Shown: one piece after another, positions 26,585-34,949 of the stretch
Position numbering within the stretch: position 1 is the first letter of the stretch
How the letters are laid out: the number at the start of each line of letters is the position of its first letter
Origin: a virus
Lineage: Duplodnaviria; Caudoviricetes
IMG/VR virus record: IMGVR_UViG_3300049000_000025
Location: 1 to 40,675 of that record
DNA: 40,675 nucleotides
Direction: 5' to 3' (one strand)
Translations under genes and position numbers: made by a program
The notes under the pieces: generated by a model
The model's database searches: none
Told to the model about the DNA's origin: nothing
Seen by the model: the letters and a program-made list of their open reading frames with translations, nothing else

Positions 26585-28695
26585 TGTACGGGCTCCTGTG
26601 GCTGCTGCATCTGTTGATTTTGCTCATGCTGCACCGCGTTCATGCCTAATTCGTGAGCACGACCGATCTCGTCCGAAATGAACTGCATCTCGCGCTCTGC
26701 GTCGGACTGCGCCAACTCTGCTTTTGCAGCCAGTTCCGCGTTGATAATCGATGCCTGTACCTTCTCGCGATCGAGTTCCATCTGCCCAAAAGCAATTCGC
26801 TCTTTGGACTCCAGTTCCATCTGCTGCTTCTGGATGCCGTACTTCGCCTCTTCCGCTGCCGCCTGCGCTGCTTGCTGGGCCTGCTGCAACTGCGTTTGAA
26901 GTTGAACGATCATCTGCTGCGCTTCAGGCGGGATATTGGCCTGCTTCTGATCCATCGCGGCAATCGCAGGAGGAAGCATTGTCTTCAACCTATCTGCAAT
27001 CTCGCGCGAGCCAGGGATGTCCATATTGCCCACCACGAGATCCCCAATGACCGACCAGAGATTCGGATCTGTTTTCAGCAACTGAAGCTGCGTATCCACT
27101 GCTTCCTGACGCTTGGTCTGATAGCTCGGCCCGGTGCTCACTGTGACATCATACTTGCCCGTAGTTAGATCGTAAATGTTCTCCACCCCCGGAGGTAGAT
27201 TACCTGCTTCGTCGGGCTTCGCATTGACCGTTACATTATCCTGCGTGCCATCCTCGCCAATAATCCGTATCACGCGGTTGGGTGTGTTGTAGATGAAGGG
27301 AATGATGTCGATCAAGATTCGCCCGACCTGGCGCTTGGCACGCTGAAGGTTGTCTCCGAAGTGGAATGCAGAGATTTGGGACTGCTGCTGACGGGCGAGT
27401 ATAGCTTTGCCGCTGACATCATTCGCCCCAGCACCCAAAGCGGCGTCGTAGATGCCTGCGGTGCTCTTGAGATCGTCCGAAGCCTGCCGAACGGCAAGCA
27501 TCATTGCCTGGATCGGTGGTTCTGCGGTCTGGCGCTGTGGCAATCCACCCGGCATCGCAGGATCTGGATTGACCATGAGATACGCTCGGTTCGCTGTGTT
27601 CATGGAACCCCACTGCTTTTCGTAGCCTTGGAACATCTTTGGCGTACCTATGAACGGAGCCTTCGGAGCCAGCGCAATCGCCTCAGTTGCCGCTGTCTCC
27701 ATGAAGTTCAATTGCTGCTGCGGGTCACGCGCATCGCGAACGATTCCTTTGTACACTCGCTCGCCGTTGATGTTGGTCATCTGGCCGATCACGCGAACGA
27801 TGGGAATCCACTTTCCTGCCCATTCCTGCTCTTCCAGCACCTCATCATTGTTGATGAGTGCCCACTTCACAAACGGCACGCTGGTTTTGCGCTTCTGAAT
27901 GATCGTGATGCCTACGGGTAGCATCAATTCACCATTCGGCAACTTGGGAATTACCTTTTTCAGGTAAACCTGCCCATCCGAGGTCTGCACAATCTCTTCT
28001 TCGCGCGATTCACGATAAAAATACTCGGCCACGCGAATGGAATCCTTCTGCATCCATGAATCACCCGTGCTCACCCAATTGATAGTGTCGCCTGCATATT
28101 TGGAGTTCGGAAACTTGTCCTTGTACTGCTCTTTCGTGTAATCGCAGACCACAAAGCCCCATTCTGAGTCGCTTGCGTCGCCCTCGTTCCCACCTGGGTC
28201 TAGGTATACTGAGAATGGATTCTCAACTTTCTTGATGTAGATCTCTTGCTCAAAGCTCAATTCGTCGGCATAATCCGTGGTAACCCGAACAAATCCCCAT
28301 CCACCCTTGACCGCGTAGTCGAATGCGTTGGAATAGGCTTCGTCCGCGTTGCTTTGGTTCTCGATGTGGCGCACAAGGCCCTGGAGTACGTCGGCCGTGT
28401 CCTTGTCGGCCCCGCTACCTACCGGATTGATCTGCAATGATGTAGGGTTTTGGCGCTCTTCGTTCGTGATGTGCTGCACAAACTGCGGAATACGGTTGAT
28501 CGTGAGGCAAGGACGGCCATCCAATTGGCGACGCTGCTTCATCTCGGGTGGCCACTGATCTCCCTCGGCAAAGCGTATGTCTTCCAGCGCCTTCGACCGC
28601 TGCTCAGCTTCAGCAGAGTCAGCGATCTTCCAGCGCTTCTTTGCTGTCTCCAGAAGTGTGTCGATGCGCTTATCGCTTGCCGATTTGTCTGCCAT
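26581..28695 (-). CDS. Portal protein (P22-like)
   Basis: F..GDQW....R...GRPCLTINRI, GIVRDARDPQ...N, SG.AILARQQQ, G.YDVTV.TGPSY.T.RQE; Q-rich barrel C-terminus. Confidence 0.93.
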   Translation of the reverse strand: MADKSASDKRIDTLLETAKKRWKIADSAEAEQRSKALEDIRFAEGDQWPPEMKQRRQLDGRPCLTINRIPQFVQHITNEERQNPTSLQINPVGSGADKDTADVLQGLVRHIENQSNADEAYSNAFDYAVKGGWGFVRVTTDYADELSFEQEIYIKKVENPFSVYLDPGGNEGDASDSEWGFVVCDYTKEQYKDKFPNSKYAGDTINWVSTGDSWMQKDSIRVAEYFYRESREEEIVQTSDGQVYLKKVIPKLPNGELMLPVGITIIQKRKTSVPFVKWALINNDEVLEEQEWAGKWIPIVRVIGQMTNINGERVYKGIVRDARDPQQQLNFMETAATEAIALAPKAPFIGTPKMFQGYEKQWGSMNTANRAYLMVNPDPAMPGGLPQRQTAEPPIQAMMLAVRQASDDLKSTAGIYDAALGAGANDVSGKAILARQQQSQISAFHFGDNLQRAKRQVGRILIDIIPFIYNTPNRVIRIIGEDGTQDNVTVNAKPDEAGNLPPGVENIYDLTTGKYDVTVSTGPSYQTKRQEAVDTQLQLLKTDPNLWSVIGDLVVGNMDIPGSREIADRLKTMLPPAIAAMDQKQANIPPEAQQMIVQLQTQLQQAQQAAQAAAEEAKYGIQKQQMELESKERIAFGQMELDREKVQASIINAELAAKAELAQSDAEREMQFISDEIGRAHELGMNAVQHEQNQQMQQPQEPVQ

Positions 28696-28917
28696 ACCTC
28701 ATCCTATCTACAGCGGTATTCCGCGAAGGAGAACCAAATTGTCCCAGATCCCCGCTCAGCTCGTTTCCAAATCGGCGAACCTGCCGAACAACCCATCCAT
28801 CGATCCGCAGTATCCTGCGGCTTTCAACACCATCAACGCAAACAACCCGACCGAGAGCACCGCTGTCAGCATCGTTACGCTCGCCGACCAGCAAGTTCTT
28901 CGCCCCACCGTACCACG

Positions 28918-29325
28918 CTAATAGATCGCATAGAACACCTGTATTTGTGCAGCTGTCGGTGCCGAGGAAAGATAAAGGTAAACGCCTTGATTCCTTAATA
29001 CTGGTAGCTGCACATCTGCGTTGGGCTGAAGGTTATAGACGTCGAAATAGCTCGCATGCCCTGTCCAGAGTGGCGACAGATTGGTCACTGGCGAAGTTGT
29101 GCATGTGCTTTCCGTGCACCCCATCAAGCGATAGTTGGCAGGAGTTGCCGATTGCGTTACGCCTGTGTAGACCGCGCATATATGGATGTCACCGTTGCCA
29201 GGAGGTGGCGCTGGGAGCACCAGATTGTAGCCCGATGTCGTGATGCTAACGCCAATATGTGAGGTGCAGCGCTGGGCGAATGCCGGAGCCGCGAGAATAA
29301 GCAGGAGAAGCGCGAGTTTCTTCAT
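28918..29325 (-). CDS. Secreted beta-rich protein, paralog 2
   Basis: MKKLALLLLILAAPAFA-Q signal; 4 Cys. Confidence 0.75.
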   Translation of the reverse strand: MKKLALLLLILAAPAFAQRCTSHIGVSITTSGYNLVLPAPPPGNGDIHICAVYTGVTQSATPANYRLMGCTESTCTTSPVTNLSPLWTGHASYFDVYNLQPNADVQLPVLRNQGVYLYLSSAPTAAQIQVFYAIY

Positions 29326-29522
29326 AAGTAGGCCTTTTCTGTAAAGACTGGATTTTCCGGCGGATAAATCAAGAGAGCAGAGTCAATATACCGATCTGTC
29401 CCCACTATGCATCTACCGCCAGCACGGGAGACTCCTTCAGGCGTAGCCAGCCTCTTCGACTTCACCATCTCATCGCTAGCCGCGTCGTAGCATTCCCACT
29501 CAAAAACCAGTTCCTTGTCCAT
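29322..29522 (-). CDS. Hypothetical protein
   Basis: Coupled at both ends. Confidence 0.6.
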   Translation of the reverse strand: MDKELVFEWECYDAASDEMVKSKRLATPEGVSRAGGRCIVGTDRYIDSALLIYPPENPVFTEKAYL

Positions 29523-29932
29523 CAGTAGGCCCCGTAAATGACTTGCGCCACTGCCGTAGCAGCACCGCTCAGCGTGAGGTACAGCCCGTACCCCTTGCGC
29601 AACACGATCTGCGCACTCGGATTAGGTGGAAGGTTATAGGTGTCGTACAGGTTGGCATGGCCGGGGAGAAGTGGCGTAACTGGGTAGAAATCAGAGCAAG
29701 CCGCTGTCCTGCATGCTAGAAGCTGGTAATTCGCGGGTGTTGAACCCTGCGTCACCTGCACCGTGATCGAGCATAGGAGAATCGTCTGGTCGCCACTGTT
29801 GCCCACGATGCCGACATTCCCCGATGCGCTGGTAGATGCCGTTGCTGGTGTATTACATACCGGCGTCGGCACACCCTGCGCGTGCGCGGATGCTGCCCAG
29901 AGAATCATTGCAACCCAGAAGATGTGCTTCAT
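29522..29932 (-). CDS. Secreted beta-rich protein, paralog 1
   Basis: MKHIFWVAMILWAASAHA-Q signal; 4 Cys. Confidence 0.75.
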   Translation of the reverse strand: MKHIFWVAMILWAASAHAQGVPTPVCNTPATASTSASGNVGIVGNSGDQTILLCSITVQVTQGSTPANYQLLACRTAACSDFYPVTPLLPGHANLYDTYNLPPNPSAQIVLRKGYGLYLTLSGAATAVAQVIYGAY

Positions 29933-30111
29933 GCCGTAATCCTTTTAGCAAAAGACCACGATCTATTCCAATCCAATTCGGGCACACCGCCAAAGAAAAG
30001 CATCTCGCAAGTCTGAGAAAATGTGGGATACCAGCCATCTCTGTACTGATATGGGCTGTAGAGCTTCACCGCAAGCTGAATAGTCTTATACAGTTTCATT
30101 AGCTTCATCAT
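29929..30111 (-). CDS. Hypothetical protein
   Basis: ATGA coupling to terminase and to next gene. Confidence 0.5.
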   Translation of the reverse strand: MMKLMKLYKTIQLAVKLYSPYQYRDGWYPTFSQTCEMLFFGGVPELDWNRSWSFAKRITA

Positions 30112-31391
30112 CCCATCCAACCTCCGGAGCGCCCGCGCGTGGGGAACTCGTCTTCCTCGGTATCTGGCCCAAGCCTAACATCCTCTACGCCCATTGCGAA
30201 AGTTCTAAATGCGTCTGCCGGATGAGAAGACCAATCATGTATTGGCTCTCTGGTGGGCGTGATGTGCCCCTGACTACTCAGCGCCTTGATCTCACCATAA
30301 CGATAATGGCGCAGCGCCTGGATACCATCTCCACACTTGCCGATATCGAAATAGCACGTTGGAAACTTCGCACGAACCGCATCAATCCCCGCGTGAACCT
30401 GATTTTGCTTCACCACGAAGACATCGCGCCCAAGCTCACTCATCACCATCTGAACACTTTTTCCTGTAGCCATACGCCCTGACGATGCCGCATCCCACGG
30501 TAAATAGTCAGTTCCCCAAACGTACGGCCTCGTCTGCAATTCGCGCACAAACGAGGTCACATCGCGCTTGTTGCCCTCGATATAGTCGATAAACCGCCAC
30601 TCAAACGGTGCAGACTGGAACATCCAAATGGACACCATATCGCCCCAGCCCAGATCCCATGCGGTGTGCACCGGGCGGGTTGGGTCATACGGCAATTGCA
30701 TGATGCGGCCAGATTCATCCGCTTTTTTGAGTTCAGCCGAATAAATGCCACCCACCACAGCACGGCGAGGTTGACCCAGCCAGATATGTGCATACTCGTC
30801 AGGAGAATCAATCTCCAATTGCTCGCGCTCGGCCCTCAGCACCTCAGAAGACCACGGATTATCTGAGAAATTCATCGTCAGATCCATGCAGTCAGGCGGT
30901 GGATTCACTACGAACCTACGCCAGGTGTCATCTGTCTCCAATTCTGGATTCCACGTCAACCAGATCTCAGAGCCAGGACGCCGAACCGTTGGGATGGACT
31001 TATCCCACGAGTCCTTGGATACAGACTGCGCTTCCTCCACCCATAGCTTGGTGGCACCCTCCAGCGACTTGATGGCATCTGGATTGTGGCGCAGGCCCTT
31101 GAACACGAATTCCGTGTTTGTCCACCTGTGACGGATACGGGCCTTCTCGATGTCCCACTGGTCCTGCATGCCCAGATCTGCGATGCGGTTGCTAATGAGG
31201 CGATGGCAGGAATCCGCAATGGAATTCATGTTTTCGCGAGCGCAAACTATAAATTCTTGCTGGTTTGCTCCCAATTCCAGAAGCGCTGTGGCCACAGACC
31301 AACTCTTAGCACCGTCTCGTCCACCTCGCACGCTCTTGAACCGGTGATGCTCGAATAGCGGCTTGAGGCGCTCAGGAAACTCGACAATCAT
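30108..31391 (-). CDS. terL: Terminase large subunit
   Basis: GGRDGAKS Walker A, WVEEA Walker B, TWNP, WDLGWGD nuclease, SHPADAFR. Confidence 0.95.
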   Translation of the reverse strand: MIVEFPERLKPLFEHHRFKSVRGGRDGAKSWSVATALLELGANQQEFIVCARENMNSIADSCHRLISNRIADLGMQDQWDIEKARIRHRWTNTEFVFKGLRHNPDAIKSLEGATKLWVEEAQSVSKDSWDKSIPTVRRPGSEIWLTWNPELETDDTWRRFVVNPPPDCMDLTMNFSDNPWSSEVLRAEREQLEIDSPDEYAHIWLGQPRRAVVGGIYSAELKKADESGRIMQLPYDPTRPVHTAWDLGWGDMVSIWMFQSAPFEWRFIDYIEGNKRDVTSFVRELQTRPYVWGTDYLPWDAASSGRMATGKSVQMVMSELGRDVFVVKQNQVHAGIDAVRAKFPTCYFDIGKCGDGIQALRHYRYGEIKALSSQGHITPTREPIHDWSSHPADAFRTFAMGVEDVRLGPDTEEDEFPTRGRSGGWMG

Positions 31392-31687
31392 CGCTTGATA
31401 TCCGCAGCGCTGAGAAACATAATGCGGTGCTCGGACTGCACTGGTCCACCGTCAGCGCCTGTCAGTGCAACGGACTGGTGAGCCTTCCCATACATCTTAT
31501 CCGTGAGGTAGCAGAGAGCCTTGAGCCTGATTTGCTCATCAGAAGAGTTCAAAAGCTCACGCCAGGTTGATTCTTGGACATCGAGCGTAAAGAAGCCCGC
31601 CACAGCTTTCGCGTGTGCTTGAGCGTCTAAAAGCAATTCTGCCTTAGATTTACGCCCTGCTCCGGTTCTTGCTCCACCCTTTGGCAT
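31388..31687 (-). CDS. terS: Terminase small subunit
   Basis: KGGARTGAGRK N-terminus, YGKA.Q...TGADGGPV C-terminus; directly upstream of terL. Confidence 0.8.
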   Translation of the reverse strand: MPKGGARTGAGRKSKAELLLDAQAHAKAVAGFFTLDVQESTWRELLNSSDEQIRLKALCYLTDKMYGKAHQSVALTGADGGPVQSEHRIMFLSAADIKR

Positions 31688-31838
31688 GGGATTCTGAATT
31701 CCTCTGAAATAAGCATAAATCAAAAGGGTATTGGGAACCGCTAAACATCACTGAAACGATGGGCGGCGATGTCACCTGCCACAGCTTCAGGAAGATCGCT
31801 TTTGCTCTTTCCATCAGCATACAGGTTCGTGTCAATAC

Positions 31839-31935
31839 CCCAAGATGTTGTGGTAGCCATTGGTAATGCAACACTACATGATGTATATGCACAAGATGTT
31901 GTGGTTAATATTTGTGCTCCACAAGATGTAGTGTT
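31839..31935. promoter_or_regulatory. Four NrdR-box-like 16-mers
   Basis: CCCAAGATGTTGTGGT 31839, AACACTACATGATGTA 31870 (inverted), CACAAGATGTTGTGGT 31890, CACAAGATGTAGTGTT 31920. Confidence 0.6.
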
Positions 31936-31966
31936 TTAGGGAAAAGATTACTTTGCGTCAAGAGAA

Positions 31967-32317
31967 CTACACTGGTTTGCGGATTTTTATGGGGCTACCC
32001 TGATTTTTCAATTCGCCGATCTTACCCCACAGAGTATCCCTCGTGAACATTGCGCTTACGAAGCTACCCATCATCTTCTGGCGCATTTTGTACTCAGGTG
32101 TAGCCTCGTATTCTGCCCGTTTTGCGTATTGTTCGGGAGTCTCTGGTCTCCATTGTTCACTGGACCAGTTATTCTCGCTAAGCACGCAAAAACCATCAGA
32201 AAAGTCGACATCTCCGATGCTGTAATCATCTTCGCCGCCGTAATCATTGAAGGAATATGCCTTAACATCGCAGTCCGGCATATCCAGCAGCATTTTTGCG
32301 AGCGTGTGCGATCTCAT
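31967..32317 (-). CDS. Hypothetical protein
   Basis: Start MRSHTLAKMLL after GAGGAG. Confidence 0.6.
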   Translation of the reverse strand: MRSHTLAKMLLDMPDCDVKAYSFNDYGGEDDYSIGDVDFSDGFCVLSENNWSSEQWRPETPEQYAKRAEYEATPEYKMRQKMMGSFVSAMFTRDTLWGKIGELKNQGSPIKIRKPV

Positions 32318-32428
32318 CCTAGTCTCCTCTGAGCCCATATAGCACCGCATAACATGCCTGCGATCTGAAGCATCACGGCGTAGTACACGGGTATATCTGT
32401 ACACATGAAATGAATCATTTTATTTCCC

Positions 32429-32563
32429 TCATTTCCACTCCGTGCCGCACTTGGGGCAAGGATAATAGTCACAACATCTGCCTTTATCCGTGTAAATTAC
32501 ACCAAGCGAATTGCATGTATGGCATCCAAAATACCTGCACCACCATCTTTTGAGGCTATTCAT
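32429..32563 (-). CDS. 44-aa Cys-rich peptide
   Basis: MNSLKRWWCRYFGCHTC...CPKCGTEWK; RBS GGAGG. Confidence 0.5.
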   Translation of the reverse strand: MNSLKRWWCRYFGCHTCNSLGVIYTDKGRCCDYYPCPKCGTEWK

Positions 32564-32715
32564 GAAGTGCCTCCGAAGTGAACGATCTTGCCAACTTCCC
32601 ATGCCGTAGACCAGTCAATCGAGTCAAATGGTTCCCAGTTCTTTGGCATTTGGTAGATATTCCAGATCCGCAATGCTAATTCAAATGCGTGGTAATAATC
32701 GGCCAGCTTGCTCAT
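32560..32715 (-). CDS. 51-aa hypothetical protein
   Basis: MSKLADYYHAFEL...; ATGA coupling, RBS AAGGAG. Confidence 0.55.
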   Translation of the reverse strand: MSKLADYYHAFELALRIWNIYQMPKNWEPFDSIDWSTAWEVGKIVHFGGTS

Positions 32716-33041
32716 GCCTGCTCCTTCGCTTTGCGCTCGGCCAAACGCTTTGCATCAGCCTTCTCCAATTTATTTGCGTTCAACTCTGTCATAGACAAGC
32801 ACCATGCCACGTTTTTAGCTGGATCTCTATGACGCAGCATGCTCTCAAACTCTTCGCGCATCTGGGCGATAGTGTTATTTCTGGCCGTACTGCTCACTTG
32901 GATCGCATATCCTCCCATACGGGAAAACCTATATTTGCATTGACAAGGCCCCATTAAAACCTTTTGCCCGCAATAGGCACACAGGTTATACGCCGACTCA
33001 ATATCCATCCCGACTGGTGCAATTCTGGTTGTCTCACTCAT
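32712..33041 (-). CDS. Hypothetical Zn-binding protein
   Basis: CAYC..CQC; coupled. Confidence 0.6.
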   Translation of the reverse strand: MSETTRIAPVGMDIESAYNLCAYCGQKVLMGPCQCKYRFSRMGGYAIQVSSTARNNTIAQMREEFESMLRHRDPAKNVAWCLSMTELNANKLEKADAKRLAERKAKEQA

Positions 33042-33206
33042 AGCGCCTCAAGCTCCTTCGCTTTGCGCTCGACCAAAACGTCTACCATATCTTTCGCGCA
33101 CTCACACATGGGGCACCTACCTTCTAACAACAATTCCCTTTGGTGCCAACGGTAGTAGCAGATTGAATTTACTAGACCTGTCTCACTCATAGCGCCTCAA
33201 GCTCCT
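33030..33206 (+). repeat. 28-bp direct repeat at gene junctions
   Basis: TGTCTCACTCATAGCGCCTCAAGCTCCT at 33030-33057 and 33179-33206. Confidence 0.9.
33038..33190 (-). CDS. 50-aa hypothetical protein
   Basis: MSETGLVNSIC...CPMCEC...ERKAKELEAL. Confidence 0.55.
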   Translation of the reverse strand: MSETGLVNSICYYRWHQRELLLEGRCPMCECAKDMVDVLVERKAKELEAL

Positions 33207-33302
33207 CTATATAAGTTCATAATTACCATTGAGATAAAGATAATTCCAACAATTACAGCTGCCGAAAAGAAGGCCATACCTGCCCACCACCACAGAGGAT
33301 TC

Positions 33303-33563
33303 TCATACGTGCTCCTCTCGTTTCAGGTCAGCAGAAAGGCATTTGTGTACACGAACTGCCGCAGACCCCATGGTTTTACCGCAGGTATTGCAAGTGAAAA
33401 GCTTGGCTGGACGGCCTACAGGATTTGGACCCTCTTGCCCGTTTACCCGGTGCTTCCTGATACCGTATTGGCAGATGTTTCTCCCCGTACCGTCCGCTAG
33501 GGTATATCTACGGTTGGACTGGACATAGAAGACCTTTTCGCCGCAATTATCGCATCGGCCCAT
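33303..33563 (-). CDS. Zn-finger protein
   Basis: CDNC and CNTCGK..HKC; start one base after the upstream stop. Confidence 0.55.
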   Translation of the reverse strand: MGRCDNCGEKVFYVQSNRRYTLADGTGRNICQYGIRKHRVNGQEGPNPVGRPAKLFTCNTCGKTMGSAAVRVHKCLSADLKREEHV

Positions 33564-33564
33564 T

Positions 33565-33657
33565 CTAGTAGTGGATCTCAATGCGGGAAACTGCCGTTGC
33601 TGCGAAAACCAGGTAACCAAGTGCGATTGTGATTCCGACTGCGATCAAAGCTTTCAT
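33565..33657 (-). CDS. 30-aa single-TM peptide
   Basis: MKALIAVGITIALGYLVFAATAVSRIEIHY; RBS GGAGG; first gene after a promoter. Confidence 0.6.
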   Translation of the reverse strand: MKALIAVGITIALGYLVFAATAVSRIEIHY

Positions 33658-33678
33658 ATGTGTTGCCTCCATGTGTTT

Positions 33679-33707
33679 AATATATGTCATTTAATCATGG
33701 AAGTCAA
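33679..33707 (-). promoter_or_regulatory. Sigma70-like promoter
   Basis: TTGACT, 17 bp, TATATT. Confidence 0.7.
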
Positions 33708-33714
33708 GCCTTAT

Positions 33715-33861
33715 CTACGAATATTCCGAATAAATCTCCTCCCGCCGAAGATGCGCACCGGAGCACTTGCAGCTTGGGCACTGTTTAGGCGTTGCGCACT
33801 CGCCGCGATGGGCGCAGGAATGGTGGCAGGCAAGGCAATAGAAGCGCAGCCAGAGGGTCAT
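33715..33861 (-). CDS. 48-aa Cys-rich Zn-ribbon peptide
   Basis: CLAC...CPSC; ATGA coupling. Confidence 0.5.
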   Translation of the reverse strand: MTLWLRFYCLACHHSCAHRGECATPKQCPSCKCSGAHLRREEIYSEYS

Positions 33862-34430
33862 AGCGATCCCCATTGATCCGCAAAGGCATCCGCAACCCCT
33901 TGGAATGTTTCGGAACGATCACGCTTACGTGTAGGACTCGGTGCCATTTTCCAGACCCTCTGCTCGCGCCCATCGACGATTTTTGTAGGCTTCAATTCCG
34001 GAAGGTTATGAAGGCGAAGGCCGGTCTTCTTTGTTTCCCCATGTCCGAACTGCCATGGTTGGACATACTGAGGCTTGCCAATGACGTTCCAGAGGACGGA
34101 CACAGGGTTCTCAAAACAGCAGCCGATACGCGCCTGACCTTTTGCGTTTTCCCAGATATTCATCGAAGTTTGTAGTGCCTGAAGCCGCTTGTAATAAAGC
34201 GGCATACCTCGTCCATACCATCGGTTTCCACTGACAGCCATAGCCGTGCAGTCATAGTGGATTAGAATAATGTCCCACGGTCCACGGTCCATAGCGCAAC
34301 GTACATCCATCTGAAGATGCGGCCCTCCGTGACGCGCAGGTATGAGGTCATTAGACCAGGCATCGTGGCCCCGCTTCAGGAATGCGTCACGCACTTTCCC
34401 GCTTTCCTCACATCCCACTAAAATTCTCAT
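33858..34430 (-). CDS. Short phage C5-cytosine methyltransferase-like protein
   Basis: LVGCEESG.VRDAF...GHDAWS.DL, ENPV, QPWQFGHGETK.T, RS.TF.G.A.A.A.QWG. Confidence 0.8.
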   Translation of the reverse strand: MRILVGCEESGKVRDAFLKRGHDAWSNDLIPARHGGPHLQMDVRCAMDRGPWDIILIHYDCTAMAVSGNRWYGRGMPLYYKRLQALQTSMNIWENAKGQARIGCCFENPVSVLWNVIGKPQYVQPWQFGHGETKKTGLRLHNLPELKPTKIVDGREQRVWKMAPSPTRKRDRSETFQGVADAFADQWGSL

Positions 34431-34444
34431 GTCATCTCCCTGTG

Positions 34445-34865
34445 AAGCGTAGTAAATAAAGAACTTGTAACCGTTGTCAGGTAAAGCTACGGAAGCCTAC
34501 CCAGTCAATCACATCAACGTTGCTTTTCAACCGAATGCTTGGAATCTCAGCGGATACACGGGGACGCAGCTATGGTTTTAGTGCTGTGACCCGTGTTCAA
34601 TTCGTGAGAGAGGCATTCTATGCGTGAGCCGCCTACCAGGGATGCAAGCCTCAAGTAGTCAACGTCCGTCACTCTGTCCCGATCTGGCGTTGATCCCCAC
34701 CAGCCACCGCGTTTTCGCCGGATCGCTAGTTGCCTAACGGGGAAAGCGGCCAAAACCAGCAAAAACCATTTGTCCGCCTCTCTGTTGAATTGTTTCCGAG
34801 GCGTGAATATGCGCTGGATTTTTCGTGACGAATTGTCGAGAAAGGCATTTTCATACGTATCGGCA
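34445..34865 (-). ncRNA. Candidate structured non-coding RNA / origin element B
   Basis: Stems 34556-34562/34590-34596, 34598-34605/34828-34835, 34607-34614/34776-34783; no credible ORF. Confidence 0.45.
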
Positions 34866-34870
34866 GTTGA

Positions 34871-34900
34871 AGATTAGCATCAGTTATGGGAAAATTGCAA
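34871..34900 (-). promoter_or_regulatory. Promoter candidate for element B
   Basis: TTGCAA, 18 bp, TAATCT with extended TG. Confidence 0.45.
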
Positions 34901-34949
34901 TGGGCGGGAGTGCTTCCTCACTCTCATTTTCATCTACGTCTCGGCGGAC

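Noticed and set aside
28450-29243. Several long plus-strand ORFs (182, 231, 114 aa)
   Set aside because: Antisense shadows of the portal and secreted paralog; no motifs
31300-31335. Atypical terminase Walker A (GGRDGAKS)
   Set aside because: Lys-Ser retained; within normal terminase variation
31839-31935. Mini CRISPR array
   Set aside because: Repeats are only 16 bp, irregularly spaced, one inverted; no cas genes
33197-33312. Small TM ORF (..YENPLWWWAGMAFFSAAVIVGIIFISMVIMNLYRGA)
   Set aside because: Codon after the RBS is ACG; start unresolved, so not listed as a feature
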